Positions 15,874-25,529 are shown, numbered from the stretch's first letter. The stretch: 32,335 nucleotides of DNA from Candidatus Zixiibacteriota bacterium (GCA_050117845.1 JASFLY010000029.1:1-32335), one strand, 5' to 3'. Made by a program: numbers and translations. Notes: generated from the sequence alone by a model not told the origin.

Positions 15874-15912
15874 ACATTTTGTCCGGCCCGGCCTTTGTGC
15901 TATTATGCCGCC

Positions 15913-16560
15913 GTGAAAACCCTCGGGGAGATTATACGCAATCGCTACCTCCTGGGCCTCGCCGTATTCCTCGGGGCCGTATTCGGCGTTAGTTTTCTCC
16001 TGCCCCCCGCGGCCCAGGCCCTCACCCGCTTCTTCGCCTACATGTCCCTGGCCTGCAACACCATCCCCCTGCCGGCCACGCCCGTGGTCCTGTACATGGG
16101 CACGGAGTACCCCTGGATCGTCGTGGCCCTGGTGGGCGGCGCCGCGACCTCCCTCGCCAATCTCATCGACTACGAGATATTCTCGACGGTCTTCAAGACG
16201 AAACTCCTCAAGAAGATAAAAGACAGCGAGCATTCGCAGGCCAGCATCCGGACCTTCAACCGGGTGGCGTTCCCGGCGCTGGCGGCCGTGAACTTCGTCG
16301 TCTTCTCGTGGGACCTCATTCGGCTGGTGGCCATCGCGGCCAAGTATCCCCGGTGGAAATACGCCCTGGCGACCTTCATAGGCCGGACCGCGCGGTACGC
16401 CGTGCTGGCGGCGGTGGGCGAATTCTTCAAGCCGCCCCTGTGGGCGGTGGGCATCGTGGCCGTGCTGGTAGCCCTGCCGGCGCTGGTGTCGTGGGTGCGC
16501 TCGCGAATCCGGAAGCCGAAGGAATCCGAAAAGGAAGTTAATCGAGGACCGGAAGGGTAA
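15913..16560 (+). CDS. DedA/VTT (SNARE-associated) domain membrane protein
   Basis: Hydrophobic protein with IPLP, ANLIDY and WKYALATFIGR.ARY motifs; GTG start at 15913 inferred from the upstream -10 box. Confidence 0.72.
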   Translation: MKTLGEIIRNRYLLGLAVFLGAVFGVSFLLPPAAQALTRFFAYMSLACNTIPLPATPVVLYMGTEYPWIVVALVGGAATSLANLIDYEIFSTVFKTKLLKKIKDSEHSQASIRTFNRVAFPALAAVNFVVFSWDLIRLVAIAAKYPRWKYALATFIGRTARYAVLAAVGEFFKPPLWAVGIVAVLVALPALVSWVRSRIRKPKESEKEVNRGPEG

Positions 16561-16623
16561 AACCGGCCGTTGATGGACGTTACCCGCCGGAAGGCGCCGC
16601 CGCGCAGTACAGGAGGAACCCAT

Positions 16624-17352
16624 ATGCCGACCGTTAAGGGCGAGACGTCGCCGCTCGTATACGCCCGGGCCGCGGGGGTACTATTTCTGGTTATCCTCGC
16701 TTGCAGCATCCTGAGCATGTTATTCGTCTCCTCCCGGATAGTCGTGCCCGGAGATGCCGCGGCAACCGCCGACAATATCGTGGCCTCGGAGTCGCTGTTT
16801 CGCGCGGGCATCGCCGGCGAGGCCGTCGTCTTCCTCTGCGAAATAGCGTTGACCGTCCTTCTTTACGCATTATTTAGGCCGGTAAGTAAAACGCTTTCCC
16901 TGACGGCGGCGTTCGCCAGGCTGGCGATGACGGTTTTGCAGGGCGTCAACACGCTTATCCATATTACGGCCCTGGTTCTTTTGACCGATACGGTTCACGC
17001 GACGGCTTTCGGGACGGACCAGTTGAATGCGATCGTTCTGATGCTGTTCAACGCGTACGGTTACGGGGAACTCGTCTGGGGGGCGTTCTTCGGCCTCCAT
17101 TGCCTCGTACTCGGGTATTTAATATTCAAGTCGGGGTACTTCCCCAGGGTCCTCGGCGTTTTGATGGCGTTGGCGTCGTTGGGTTATTTGTCGGACAGCT
17201 TCGGCAGTTTTCTGTTTTCCGGTTATCAGGAGGAGTTGGGCTGGATCGTTTTTATAACGGCGTTTGTCGGAGAGCTGCCGTTCTTTTTCTGGCTTCTGTT
17301 CAGAGGTTTGAACGTTCAGAAGTGGCGCGACCGGGCCGTCGCTTTAAGCTGA
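16624..17352 (+). CDS. DUF4386-like multi-pass membrane protein
   Basis: ARAAGVLFL, IVVPGDAAAT..NI, LFRPVSK.LSL, FFGLHCLVLGYLIFKSGYFPR, GEL...WLL.RG; AGGAGG RBS before ATG 16624. Confidence 0.8.
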   Translation: MPTVKGETSPLVYARAAGVLFLVILACSILSMLFVSSRIVVPGDAAATADNIVASESLFRAGIAGEAVVFLCEIALTVLLYALFRPVSKTLSLTAAFARLAMTVLQGVNTLIHITALVLLTDTVHATAFGTDQLNAIVLMLFNAYGYGELVWGAFFGLHCLVLGYLIFKSGYFPRVLGVLMALASLGYLSDSFGSFLFSGYQEELGWIVFITAFVGELPFFFWLLFRGLNVQKWRDRAVALS

Positions 17353-17398
17353 ATCCGGGCCGGTTCGTCGCGCTCCCTCCCGCGGGCGGGACGTCGAA

Positions 17399-18199
17399 AT
17401 GGATTTTACGAAACGGACCATCCTGGGCAGGACCGGCCTGACGGTGAGCCGGATGGGCCTGGCGTCGGGTTACGGCGTTCCGGACGCCGCTATCGAAAGG
17501 GCGTTTCACGAGTACGGCGTTAACTACTTTTACTTATCCTTCCTTAAACGAGATTACATGGCCCGGGCCATCCGCCGCCTCGCGCCGGCGCACCGCGACG
17601 ACCTCCGCGTCGTGCTGGCCTGGCCCTTCTTCGTCGGATTTTCCCTTAAAAGCTTCGTTAACCGGTGGCTTAAGAAACTAAAAATCGAACGGGCCGACCT
17701 GCTCCTTATACAGGGTTTACGTCAAGCTCCCGGCGGAAGGCTCCTGGGCCGCCTTCGCGACCTCAAGGAAAGCGGCAAGGTCCGCTTCGTCGGCATGTCG
17801 AGCCACGACCGAAACCTCTTCGGCCGAATCGCCCGCGGCGAGGTGGAGGCGGCGGTGGACTTTTTCCAGATTCGGTACAGCGCCGTGAATACCGGGGCCG
17901 AGACGGACGTTTTCCCGCACCTGCCCGGGGAGAACCGGCCCGGCGTCGTTATCTTCACCGCCACCTGTTGGGGCAAGTTGCTTAATCCCGGGCTCATGCC
18001 GCCGGGCGAGAGGCCGCCGGCCCCGGCGGACTGCTACCGTTTCGTCCTATCCCATCCCGACGTGGACGTCTGCATTACCGGCCCCTCCACCGCCGAGCAG
18101 ATGGAGGCCAACCTCCGCGCCCTGGCCGCCGGCCCGCTGGACGAGGAGGAGATGGCCCGCATCCGCCGCATAGGCCGTCACATATACGGGAAAAGTTGA
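17399..18199 (+). CDS. Aldo/keto reductase-fold protein, divergent
   Basis: LGRTGLTVSRMGL, GKVRFVGMSSH, QIRYS, RFVLSHP.V.V...G....EQMEANL. Confidence 0.8.
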   Translation: MDFTKRTILGRTGLTVSRMGLASGYGVPDAAIERAFHEYGVNYFYLSFLKRDYMARAIRRLAPAHRDDLRVVLAWPFFVGFSLKSFVNRWLKKLKIERADLLLIQGLRQAPGGRLLGRLRDLKESGKVRFVGMSSHDRNLFGRIARGEVEAAVDFFQIRYSAVNTGAETDVFPHLPGENRPGVVIFTATCWGKLLNPGLMPPGERPPAPADCYRFVLSHPDVDVCITGPSTAEQMEANLRALAAGPLDEEEMARIRRIGRHIYGKS

Positions 18200-18337
18200 C
18201 GCGCGGTCCCGCCTGCTCGCGGCCTCGTTCCCTGACAGCGGCGTTATTGCGTTAATTGAAATACTAAAAGCTAAACTTTTTTCCTTCGAAATACGTCAAA
18301 AAAAGTAAGAAAGCGGAACGTTAAGGTCCGTTTTGAC

Positions 18338-18366
18338 TTGATTTCGTTTCGCCGTTTTTATATACT
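18338..18366 (+). promoter_or_regulatory. Sigma70-type promoter for the radical SAM gene
   Basis: TTGATT (18338-18343), 17 bp spacer, TATACT (18361-18366); AT-rich upstream tract. Confidence 0.65.
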
Positions 18367-18443
18367 GCGCTTTTAAGGTAATATTTATAAAGATTGACGG
18401 CGCCCGGGGGCGCCGGGACGGTATATTCGTACAGGAGGAAGCC

Positions 18444-19880
18444 ATGGGCTTCAAGGATAAAGTAAGAGAAATAGCCATAGAACAGACCGTAAACCGCATG
18501 GCGGATCTGGCTTGCAAGGGCGACCCGGATAAGAGCCTGCGTCGGATCATTAAACTCGGCGAGAAAATCACGAGCGATCCCTTGTGGGTCGACGCGATCT
18601 CGGGGTTCAAGCATCGCCTGGACATCAATCACCCGTTGATGGCCATCGCCCGGCGTTTTTTAAAGGAATTCGACCCGAACGTCCGGCGGCGTCTTTTAAC
18701 GAACCTGGTCGTCAAGGAAGCGCTCATCGGCGCCGATAAACGGCACCGGGTGGAAGAGGAAATCGGCTTCTACCCGCCGACGCTCTTCGTTATTTCGCCG
18801 ACCATGCGCTGCAACATCACCTGCACCGGGTGTTACGCGGCCCAGTATTCCAAGAAATACGAGATGGACGCCGAACTCATCGACCGGATTTTCCAGGAAG
18901 CCAAGGACATCGGCATCCACTTCATCGTAATATCGGGCGGCGAGCCGCTCTTCCATCCGGACATGATGGATCTCATCGAGAAGCACTCCGACATCGCGTT
19001 CCAGATGTACACCAACGGCACGCTCATCGACGAGAAGATGGCCAAGCGCATCGCCAAAACCGGGAACCTGATTCCCTGCATCAGCCTGGAAGGCCTCAAG
19101 GAAGAGACCGACCGGCGCCGCGGGGACGGCGTCTTCGAGAAGTGTTCGGAGGCGTTCGACCACATGCGCAAAGAGGGCATCTGTTTCGGCTTCAGCGCCA
19201 CCTGCACCCGCTACAACCTCGACGCCATTACGAGTCCCGAATTCATAGATTTCGTCGAGCGGAAGGGTTGTACCCTCGGGTGGTACTTCACGTATATTCC
19301 CATCGGCCGCGAGCCCGACACCTCGCTCATGCCCACCCCCGCCCAGCGCTACACGCTCGGCGCCCGGGTCCGGCGCATACGCGAGACGCGGACGCTCTTC
19401 GCCGCGGACTTCTGGAACGACGGCCCGCACGTCGACGGTTGCATTATGGGCGGCAAGCGCTATTTCCACATCAACGTCCACGGCGACGTCGAGCCCTGCG
19501 TCTTCGCCCAGTTCACGGTCGACAATATCCGGGACAAACCGCTGGTCGAGTGCCTGCGGTCCGACTTCTTCCGGCAGTTCCGCAATCGCCAGCCGTTCAG
19601 CAAGGACCTGCGGCGGCCTTGCGCCATCATAGACAACCCCAGCGTCCTGCGCGAGTGCGTCTCGAAGTGCAACGCCCGGCCCTCGTACCCCGAGAACGCC
19701 AAGCTCGTTACCGACCTGGCCGAGGACCTCGACGCCTACGCCGGCACGCTGGAGGCCGAGATAGACGAGTACAGCCGCAAGTACGACGGCGATCCCTACT
19801 GCGAGTTCGGCGAAGTCGAACAGACCGGGTGGGTCCCGCCTTCGCAGGAGAAAAAGAAGGCCGAGGTCAAACAGCAATAA
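18444..19880 (+). CDS. Radical SAM protein with SPASM/twitch domain
   Basis: CxxxCxxC motif (CNITCTGC), ISGGEP, YTNGTL; C-terminal GCIMGG..YFHINVHGDVEPC...PCAIID; AGGAGG RBS. Confidence 0.92.
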   Translation: MGFKDKVREIAIEQTVNRMADLACKGDPDKSLRRIIKLGEKITSDPLWVDAISGFKHRLDINHPLMAIARRFLKEFDPNVRRRLLTNLVVKEALIGADKRHRVEEEIGFYPPTLFVISPTMRCNITCTGCYAAQYSKKYEMDAELIDRIFQEAKDIGIHFIVISGGEPLFHPDMMDLIEKHSDIAFQMYTNGTLIDEKMAKRIAKTGNLIPCISLEGLKEETDRRRGDGVFEKCSEAFDHMRKEGICFGFSATCTRYNLDAITSPEFIDFVERKGCTLGWYFTYIPIGREPDTSLMPTPAQRYTLGARVRRIRETRTLFAADFWNDGPHVDGCIMGGKRYFHINVHGDVEPCVFAQFTVDNIRDKPLVECLRSDFFRQFRNRQPFSKDLRRPCAIIDNPSVLRECVSKCNARPSYPENAKLVTDLAEDLDAYAGTLEAEIDEYSRKYDGDPYCEFGEVEQTGWVPPSQEKKKAEVKQQ

Positions 19881-19899
19881 CCGTTCACCGAATCTTCCG

Positions 19900-19926
19900 G
19901 GCCCCCGCGTTTCGCGGGGGCCTTTT
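19900..19926 (+). terminator. Intrinsic terminator
   Basis: GGCCCCCGCG-TTT-CGCGGGGGCC-TTTT. Confidence 0.8.
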
Positions 19927-19937
19927 CATGCGCGGCC

Positions 19938-19965
19938 TTGATTTTCGGATGTTCTTTGTTATACT
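19938..19965 (+). promoter_or_regulatory. Sigma70-type promoter for the TPR gene
   Basis: TTGATT (19938-19943), 16 bp spacer, TGn-TATACT (19960-19965). Confidence 0.55.
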
Positions 19966-20010
19966 CCGTTAGGGGAAGCCGATCCCTTCGTTCATACCGC
20001 AGGAGGCAAA

Positions 20011-21534
20011 ATGCGTAATACGATAATTCTGATATCGGTTATCTTGGCCGTCACGGCGGCGTGGGCGGCCGACGAGGTAGCGCCGCCGGTAGGCCGGCCG
20101 GCCGTCACGTTCGTACCCTTCGTGGACGAGTCGCCCGGCGCGGCCGAGGCGCTGCCGCCCCTCCCCGGCGCGGCGTTCGACCCGGAAGGGCCGATGCCCT
20201 GGCTCGGCGACGGAATCCCGGCGCTCGTGGAACTGGGCCTGGAGCGCTCGGCCGCGGTCAATGTCGTACCCCGCGCCGAGTTCGCGCTGGCCCTTAACAA
20301 GCGGCTCGGCGTCGAGCTGGCCGCCGACACCAGCCCGGGGCCGATAAGCAGGGTGGCCCAGGTGGAAGGCGTGACCCACGTCATCAGCGGCTCTTTTTCC
20401 AAAGAAGGTAAAAAACTGAGCTTGACCGTGGACGTGCGGCCCGTCGGCCGTGAGGTCGTGGAGGTCCCGGGCGTGGGCGAAGTCCGCGTTCCTACGGTCG
20501 ACCTCGAGACGCTGGAAGCCCATCAGGCCGAGCTGGAAGCGGTCAGCGAGGAGCTGGAATCGCTCGGCAAGGAACTCGACGCGTTGGTTAAAGAAGGGGA
20601 TCCGGAATCCGAAGAGAGCCAGGCGCGGATAAAAGAGATAAAAGAGAGCATCCAGGAAAAAAGTAAATACATCGGAGACTTGACGCGCAAGATACTGAAG
20701 GTGGAATCGAAGAGCTTCACCGGGGAAATCGGCGACGTATTCAAGCTGGCCGACGACGGGACGAAGTTCGTCCTCGCGGCCGTTGAGGCCGGCGGGGGCT
20801 CGAACCTGATCGCCCGGGAGCCGACGGCCGACCTCGAGGCTTTCCAATGGTTCGCGAAGGGCGCGGCCCGCTACTACACCGGCGAGCAAATAAGCTTCTT
20901 CCTCCGGGCCACGGACAAAGACGCGAATTTCGCCGAGGCCCACTTGCGGCTGGCCGGGGCGTACCTCAAGGAAAAGACCTACGCCGACGCCAAGGTGGAG
21001 TACGAGAAGGCGAGGTCCCTGGCCGATTATTACCCCTCCGCTCCGCTGGGCCTGGCGACCATCGTCCGCAAGGAAGAGCCGGACAACATGGAAGCCGCGA
21101 CTTATCTCTTCAATGAATCGCTGGCCATCGACCCGTCATACGCCCCCGTTTTCGATAGTCAGGGAGGAATGCATTTCGCGGCCGCGGATTACGAGGCGGC
21201 CCGCGAGGCGTACGAACGGTTCATCGGCGTCTGGCCCACGAACAAGGACGGCTACTACGCGCTCGGGAACACGCTGTGGCTTATCGGCAAGGACAGCCCG
21301 CAATGGAAGACGCTTTTGCGTTCGGCCATCGAGTCGTACGAAAAATCGCTCGCCATCGATCCCGAGTTCGCCGCCTGCCATTACAACCTGGCGTCGGTGT
21401 ACAAGATATTCGAGGACGTCGACAAGGCCATCTTCCACTACAAGCGTTACATCGAGCTCGAGCCGAATTCTCCCAAACGCGCCGAGATAGAAGAGACCAT
21501 CGCCGAGTGGGAGGCGAAGTTCGGCCCGAAATAA
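20011..21534 (+). CDS. Secreted TPR protein with N-terminal TolB-N/CsgG-like alpha/beta domain and a coiled-coil insert
   Basis: Signal peptide AWA; WLGDGIP..V...L and THVISGSF motifs; acidic coiled coil; about 6 C-terminal TPRs; AGGAGG RBS. Confidence 0.75.
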   Translation: MRNTIILISVILAVTAAWAADEVAPPVGRPAVTFVPFVDESPGAAEALPPLPGAAFDPEGPMPWLGDGIPALVELGLERSAAVNVVPRAEFALALNKRLGVELAADTSPGPISRVAQVEGVTHVISGSFSKEGKKLSLTVDVRPVGREVVEVPGVGEVRVPTVDLETLEAHQAELEAVSEELESLGKELDALVKEGDPESEESQARIKEIKESIQEKSKYIGDLTRKILKVESKSFTGEIGDVFKLADDGTKFVLAAVEAGGGSNLIAREPTADLEAFQWFAKGAARYYTGEQISFFLRATDKDANFAEAHLRLAGAYLKEKTYADAKVEYEKARSLADYYPSAPLGLATIVRKEEPDNMEAATYLFNESLAIDPSYAPVFDSQGGMHFAAADYEAAREAYERFIGVWPTNKDGYYALGNTLWLIGKDSPQWKTLLRSAIESYEKSLAIDPEFAACHYNLASVYKIFEDVDKAIFHYKRYIELEPNSPKRAEIEETIAEWEAKFGPK

Positions 21535-21570
21535 GAACGGCCTGACGCTAGCTGCGAAACGCTACGAAAT

Positions 21571-21605
21571 AAAAAGGGCCCGCGCGCGCGGGCCCTTTGT
21601 TTTTT
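21571..21605. terminator. Bidirectional intrinsic terminator
   Basis: AAAAAGGGCCCGCGCGCGCGGGCCCTTTGTTTTT between convergent genes. Confidence 0.85.
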
Positions 21606-21621
21606 ACTCGAAGAGGAGGGT

Positions 21622-23547
21622 TTACCGTACGAGTACGATGGTTTTGGTGGAGGGGGCCGTGCCCTTGCCGACGCGCAGGCTGGCCAGATAAACGCCGCTC
21701 GCCACCGGAGAGCCGCCGGCGTCGGTCCCGTCCCACTCCGCTATGTATTTGCCCGCGGCCATTTTTTCGTTCATAAGCAGGCGGATCAGTTTCCCGGAAA
21801 TGTCGTAAATGGCGATGGTCGCGGTGGCCGCGTCGGCGTCCTCCTCCGAGACCTCGAACGCGATGCTTACCTGATTCATGAACGGGTTGGGGTAACAACG
21901 CGTTATGGTGCTCTTGACCGCGGTGGCGCCGTCGCCGCCCACCGCCCGGATGGCCTTGGGGCCGTAGGTGCGGCTTGCGCCCGAGGACATCCGTTCCTCT
22001 ATCTTGTAATAGTATATGGTGCCGTCGTCGACCTTCTCGTCGCGATAGCTGTAGGAGGACGTCGGCTGCTGCTCGACGTACGCCATCTCGTAGTATAAAA
22101 CGTTTCCGCTGACGTAGTCCTTTATCCCCTTGAATATAGCCCACCCCAGCCGCTCGTCCCTCTCGTCCGCGCGCCACTGGATGTTGATGCCGCCGGTCCG
22201 GACCGACAGGCTGAAGCTCTGCCGGGGAGAGGAGGACGCGAGGTATTTGCCCGTACGCCAGTGGTTGCCGCCCAGCATGGGCCAGGGGTTAGCCGAGGGC
22301 TCGAAGGCGGAGTCGGTGGTGATGGCCTCCAGGTAGCCGTTCTGCGCCGCCACGACGATGTCCATGAAACCGTCGTCATCAAGGTCGGCGGCGGCGGGCG
22401 TGGAGGTGATGCCCGAGCCCAGAAGCTTTATGGGGAAGCCCCGTGACAGCGTTCCCTCTTTCTCGAACGCGAGCAGCGACCCGTCGTACGTTACGAGCAA
22501 AACCTCGGGAAGGCCGTCGCCGTCCGCGTCGACGACCAGCGGCGCCGTGGCCACGGTCCGGCCGATGTGTTTGGGGTAGCCGGGACGGGGTTTACCGGCG
22601 GCGTCGAATACGCCCACGGCGGCCCCCGAGAGGTACGTCGCGCCGGCGACGAAGACGAGCGAGAGGGAACCGCGGCCGTCGAAATCGCCTACGGCGGCCG
22701 GGGCCGTAATGGGTTGCGACCCCAGCGTCTGGGGCCACCCGGCGGCGACGCGGCCGTCGGAATCGAGGACGTACGCGGACCCGGCGGTGGTGCCGATTAG
22801 AACCTCGGTGCGGCCGTCGCCGTCCGCGTCCGCCAGCACGGGCGCGCAGACTATTTTACCGTCCAGCGTCACCGGCCATCCCGGGGCGTCGGCGCCGGAC
22901 GTCGTAAAGGCGTACACCTTATCCTCGGAGGCGACCACGACCTCGGGCTGGCGGTCCCCGTCGAGGTCACCCACCGCCGGCATATTGGCCGCCGCCCCCT
23001 CGACCTCGACCGGCCATCCGGAGATGGAAGTGGCGTTGCCGTGAAGGCCGAAGACCTCTCCGCCGGCGACCGCGAAGACCTCCAGGCCGCGGTAGCTGGT
23101 GTAATCCTGGACCGCCGGGCCGGCCGAACCGCTCGTACCCAGGTCCTTGGGCCACCCCGGCAGCAGGACCCCCCGTCGGTCGTACGCGTAAACGTGGCCG
23201 TCCGCGGAGGCGAATATCAATTCCAGTTTTTTGTCGCCGTCGAGGTCGGCGAGGGCGGGGGAGCATCGCTCGCCGCTATCGACGCCGGTCGTGACGGGAA
23301 AACCGGATACCGTCCGGCCCCGGGCGTCCAGCAGCGTTACGCGGCCGTCCCACGCGGCTACGGCTATCTCGCGCTGGCCGTCGCCGTCGACGTCGGCCAC
23401 CGCCGGCGAGGAATCGTGGAAGGGGCCCGCGGAAACGGGCCAACCCGCCAAATAACTCGGTTCGGCGTAAATTGAAGCCGGCGCGGTGACCGTTAAGGCC
23501 GCCGCGCAGCTTATTGTCGCGTATAATATGCAGTTTGAGGCACGCAC
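21622..23547 (-). CDS. Secreted FG-GAP repeat protein with C-terminal FlgD-Ig / T9SS type A-like sorting domain
   Basis: Repeated GWP...PAxAD(L/V)DGDG units; C-terminal YPNPF, IYDISGKLIR.L, WDGTD..G..VASGVY. Confidence 0.85.
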   Translation of the reverse strand: MRASNCILYATISCAAALTVTAPASIYAEPSYLAGWPVSAGPFHDSSPAVADVDGDGQREIAVAAWDGRVTLLDARGRTVSGFPVTTGVDSGERCSPALADLDGDKKLELIFASADGHVYAYDRRGVLLPGWPKDLGTSGSAGPAVQDYTSYRGLEVFAVAGGEVFGLHGNATSISGWPVEVEGAAANMPAVGDLDGDRQPEVVVASEDKVYAFTTSGADAPGWPVTLDGKIVCAPVLADADGDGRTEVLIGTTAGSAYVLDSDGRVAAGWPQTLGSQPITAPAAVGDFDGRGSLSLVFVAGATYLSGAAVGVFDAAGKPRPGYPKHIGRTVATAPLVVDADGDGLPEVLLVTYDGSLLAFEKEGTLSRGFPIKLLGSGITSTPAAADLDDDGFMDIVVAAQNGYLEAITTDSAFEPSANPWPMLGGNHWRTGKYLASSSPRQSFSLSVRTGGINIQWRADERDERLGWAIFKGIKDYVSGNVLYYEMAYVEQQPTSSYSYRDEKVDDGTIYYYKIEERMSSGASRTYGPKAIRAVGGDGATAVKSTITRCYPNPFMNQVSIAFEVSEEDADAATATIAIYDISGKLIRLLMNEKMAAGKYIAEWDGTDAGGSPVASGVYLASLRVGKGTAPSTKTIVLVR

Positions 23548-23568
23548 GGTTACATCTTCTACATTATA

Positions 23569-24927
23569 CTAGAAAGCGGCCTCGATTTCCAGTTTTAATT
23601 CCCGGGAGCGGTGCTCCTCGAATTCGTCGGTGCTGTGGAGGTTGTAACTCGGGTCCCATTGGGTATCGGCGTACGTCAGGTCTATCTTCATATTCTCGAC
23701 CGGCGCGTACGAGAGGTGGGGGATGTAGGCGATGCTGAGGGTTTTATTCTCGCGGGTGACGGTGTTCTCGTCGTCGGGAATTTGGCGGCTGGGGTTCAGG
23801 TAACGGAACCCCGCGCCGACGAACAGGTTGTCGGTGAAGAAATACTGGGGCTCGCCGAAGAGGAGCAGGCTGTCGTTGGTGTTTATATTATCGCCGAAAA
23901 TGCTGTGGTAGTTGCCGCGCCAGGCCTCGTACAGCACCGCGCCCCGGAACCACACCCGGGGATGGTACAAACGAATGCCGACGTCGGGGTACACCTGGAA
24001 GAGCGCCCCGCCGGTCGGGTCTTCGTAGATTTCGTCATCCGCGTAAACGTGATAGGCCGCGACGCCGTAGAGTTCGAAGAACGGGTGTTCCCACCCGGCC
24101 TCGGCGCCGACGTGCAGCGTTTCGCCGAAGGTTCCTATCGTGGCCCGGGGCTCCGACGCCAGGCTCTCCTCCCGCCAGTAGAGGTACCGCCAGAATTTCG
24201 GGAGGCTGGCGGCGTAATGCGTGTCCCACAGGGATTTTAAGTCGTAGGTCATTCCCTCGGTGGCGACGAAGAGGCCGCCGCGGGCGAAACGGAGGGAGGC
24301 CGCGGCCATGGCCTGGTGCTCCAGGCCCGCCCCGACGTTCAACGAAACTTCGGCGGGGCCGAACTCGCGCGTGGCCCGGGCGCCGAACGGGTCGAGGTGC
24401 GCCGCGAAGGAAACCGGCGAGATACGGTTGACCAGCTTGTTGTAATAGCCGCCGTTTCCGTATCGGATGTTGTAGCCGCCGAGGGTTACGTCCGTCTCCC
24501 ACGCCAGGTCGGCGAGTTCCACGTTTATTTCCTCGAGGGAGGCGTATATATATTTCCCCTCTTCACTCTCGTGAAGGTGGTAGACGCCGGACTCGCTCTC
24601 GAAGAGCGTGTAACGGTAGAACTTGGGCTGCTTGGCGTCGTCGAAGGTGAAGACGAGGTTGGCGACGGCGTCGTCCGAAAAGCGGCCCCGTATCCCGACG
24701 TCGGCCTCCAGATGGAAATTGTACGTGGGGTCGCCGTCCTTCGTGATATCGTCCGAGCGTCCCTCCTCGACGGACGATTCGGGTATCGTAACCGGCCCCA
24801 CCTCTCCCTCGGCGAAATCGTCCGTTAAAGCGCCGTAAACGTGGCCGTAGACCTCGACTTCGGTGGCGTATACGGCGGCCGCCGTTAAGGCGATTAGCGT
24901 AGCGGTAATAACCGAACGAGCGCCCAT
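23569..24927 (-). CDS. Putative outer-membrane beta-barrel / porin-like protein
   Basis: Signal peptide; aromatic-rich alternating strands; C-terminal ELKLEIEAAF with terminal Phe; AAGGAG RBS. Confidence 0.68.
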   Translation of the reverse strand: MGARSVITATLIALTAAAVYATEVEVYGHVYGALTDDFAEGEVGPVTIPESSVEEGRSDDITKDGDPTYNFHLEADVGIRGRFSDDAVANLVFTFDDAKQPKFYRYTLFESESGVYHLHESEEGKYIYASLEEINVELADLAWETDVTLGGYNIRYGNGGYYNKLVNRISPVSFAAHLDPFGARATREFGPAEVSLNVGAGLEHQAMAAASLRFARGGLFVATEGMTYDLKSLWDTHYAASLPKFWRYLYWREESLASEPRATIGTFGETLHVGAEAGWEHPFFELYGVAAYHVYADDEIYEDPTGGALFQVYPDVGIRLYHPRVWFRGAVLYEAWRGNYHSIFGDNINTNDSLLLFGEPQYFFTDNLFVGAGFRYLNPSRQIPDDENTVTRENKTLSIAYIPHLSYAPVENMKIDLTYADTQWDPSYNLHSTDEFEEHRSRELKLEIEAAF

Positions 24928-24940
24928 ACGAAATACTCCT

Positions 24941-25486
24941 TTATATATTTTCCCGAAAGGAATTAAAGGCGTTGGAGAATTCCCCAGCCGCTTCGTCGTC
25001 GTACAGGACGAAAACGACGCGTTGGAGACGGGGTATCTCGCGGCCGGCGAGATAACCCGCGGCCGACGCGAGCATAGCCCGGGCGGCCTCGCCGTACGGC
25101 ATCCCGCCGACGCCGGTCCCCAGGGCCGGGAACGCGATGGACTTCAGGCCGATGGATTCGGCGTCCGCCAGCGCGGCCGTCGTGGCCCGGCCTATTATGT
25201 CCGCGTCCGTTTTACGATCGTCGCCCATTACGGCGGCGTGGATGACAAACTTCGCCGGAAGCAGGCCGCCCCGCGTTCGGGCCACCGCCCCGAGGCCCAC
25301 CGGGGCCTTCTCCAGGGCTTCCTTTTGAACCGTGGAGCCGGCGCGCTTCGCTATGGCCCCGGCCACGCCCGCGCCCATCACCATCGAGGTGTTGGCGGCG
25401 TTTACGATGGCGTCGCCCCGCCAAGCCGTGAGGTCGCCCGTCTCCATCTCAAGTACCGTTTCGCCGATGACGATTTCTTCGGCCAT
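24941..25486 (-). CDS. Macrodomain protein (Appr-1-p / O-acetyl-ADP-ribose deacetylase family)
   Basis: GDLT, DAIVNAAN, GAGVAGAI, VIHAAV, SIAFPALGTGVGG. Confidence 0.92.
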   Translation of the reverse strand: MAEEIVIGETVLEMETGDLTAWRGDAIVNAANTSMVMGAGVAGAIAKRAGSTVQKEALEKAPVGLGAVARTRGGLLPAKFVIHAAVMGDDRKTDADIIGRATTAALADAESIGLKSIAFPALGTGVGGMPYGEAARAMLASAAGYLAGREIPRLQRVVFVLYDDEAAGEFSNAFNSFRENI

Positions 25487-25529
25487 AACATTTACTCCTG
25501 ATTAGTCGCTTGCCCGGAAAGCGCGTTAC

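Noticed and set aside
18200..18443. Riboswitch or ncRNA upstream of the radical SAM gene
   Set aside because: Only an AT-rich promoter and one short GC hairpin (CGGCGCC...GGCGCCG) are visible, with no recognisable aptamer consensus.
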